A DNA stretch of 64,000 bases from Owenia fusiformis (taxonomy: Eukaryota). Made by a program: the position numbers and the translations under genes. The stretch is taken from assembly GCA_903813345.2 (NCBI GenBank), contig CAIIXF020000001.1, forward strand, positions 39,742,001-39,806,000, given 5' to 3'. Below, one piece after another: positions 63,338 through 64,000 of the stretch. How positions within the stretch are numbered: position 1 is the stretch's first letter; each line of letters opens with the position of its first letter. The notes below the pieces were generated by a model. The model worked only from the letters and a program-made list of their open reading frames with translations, had not been told where the DNA came from and did not search any database.

Positions 63338-63891
63338 GTGAGAATGAGTATCTTTATTCCAAAAAGTTGGGAAATGATGCTTATTAAGTGAGCATTTGAA
63401 CACTGATTTTGAGGAAAAACAATTAAACACTGAAGATATGTCTCAGAGTCCAACAATTTATGCAATTTTTAAACTAACTCTTTATATGACTTGAAATAAG
63501 AAACAATTGAGGCACAGGGTGAGCCAAAAATGTTAATCGAAACAAATGTTAAAAACTAAGTCATTCAGCATTGTTTAAGATCATATTTATCACCATTAAA
63601 CCTTTTCAATTTTCTTCATCTTAGAAGTATGGCTATATTATACTAAAGCTGAAGGCATTTTAGAGTAGATCACAATTATGGCATTGTTTTTCTGATTCTT
63701 GCCTCAGAAAATTAAAAATGGCTGGAATAGGCCATAACTTAGAGATATGATACTACAATGATCTATTTATTGAAGGGAAGAGTGCGATGGTAAATATTAC
63801 ATTGTGACTGTACAGTTCATGATTTATATATGTTCGTCGGGATTCCCTACGCCTTGGAGTTGCCAATTTCTAGTTGTAAATTGTGAATTGT

Positions 63892-64000
63892 AGGTTCTAC
63901 AACATGAGTCAGAACATCCCCAGGTTCTACAACATGAGTCAGAACATCCCCAGGTTCTACAACAACATGATTCAGAACATCATCAGGTTCTACAACAACC
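63892..64000. repeat. 30-bp tandem repeat running to the window end
   Basis: AGGTTCTACAACATGAGTCAGAACATCCCC occurs twice exactly, followed by degenerate copies. Confidence 0.9.

Noticed and set aside
63892..64000. 30-bp repeats as a CRISPR array
   Set aside because: Contiguous tandem units with no spacers.

Overview
AT-rich animal genomic DNA with GT-AG introns; a marine invertebrate such as a lophotrochozoan is my inference, not something the sequence proves. (1) About 0.2-32 kb is a heavily decayed tandem array of Toll/TLR-like pseudogenes, with 9-10 remnants on both strands, cut up by MITEs, LINE pieces and hairpin elements. The LRR, LRRCT, TM and TIR motifs appear only when translating across stops and frameshifts, and were matched by eye. 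(2) An intact 6-exon SMPDL3-type acid sphingomyelinase-like phosphodiesterase gene lies on the minus strand (40525-36336, 467 aa); its last exon is repeated in a near-perfect 2298-bp tandem duplication. (3) A 3-exon minus-strand gene (53093-41099, about 371 aa) encodes signal peptide + lamin-tail-like domain of bacterial type + Thr-rich stalk + PAN/Apple domain. Its first intron holds a 4.8-kb TIR element carrying a 2.9-kb polypyrimidine tract. (4) An intron-containing nesprin/spectrin-repeat pseudogene fragment lies at 59.7-63.3 kb. No prokaryotic operon, CRISPR array or rRNA was seen.
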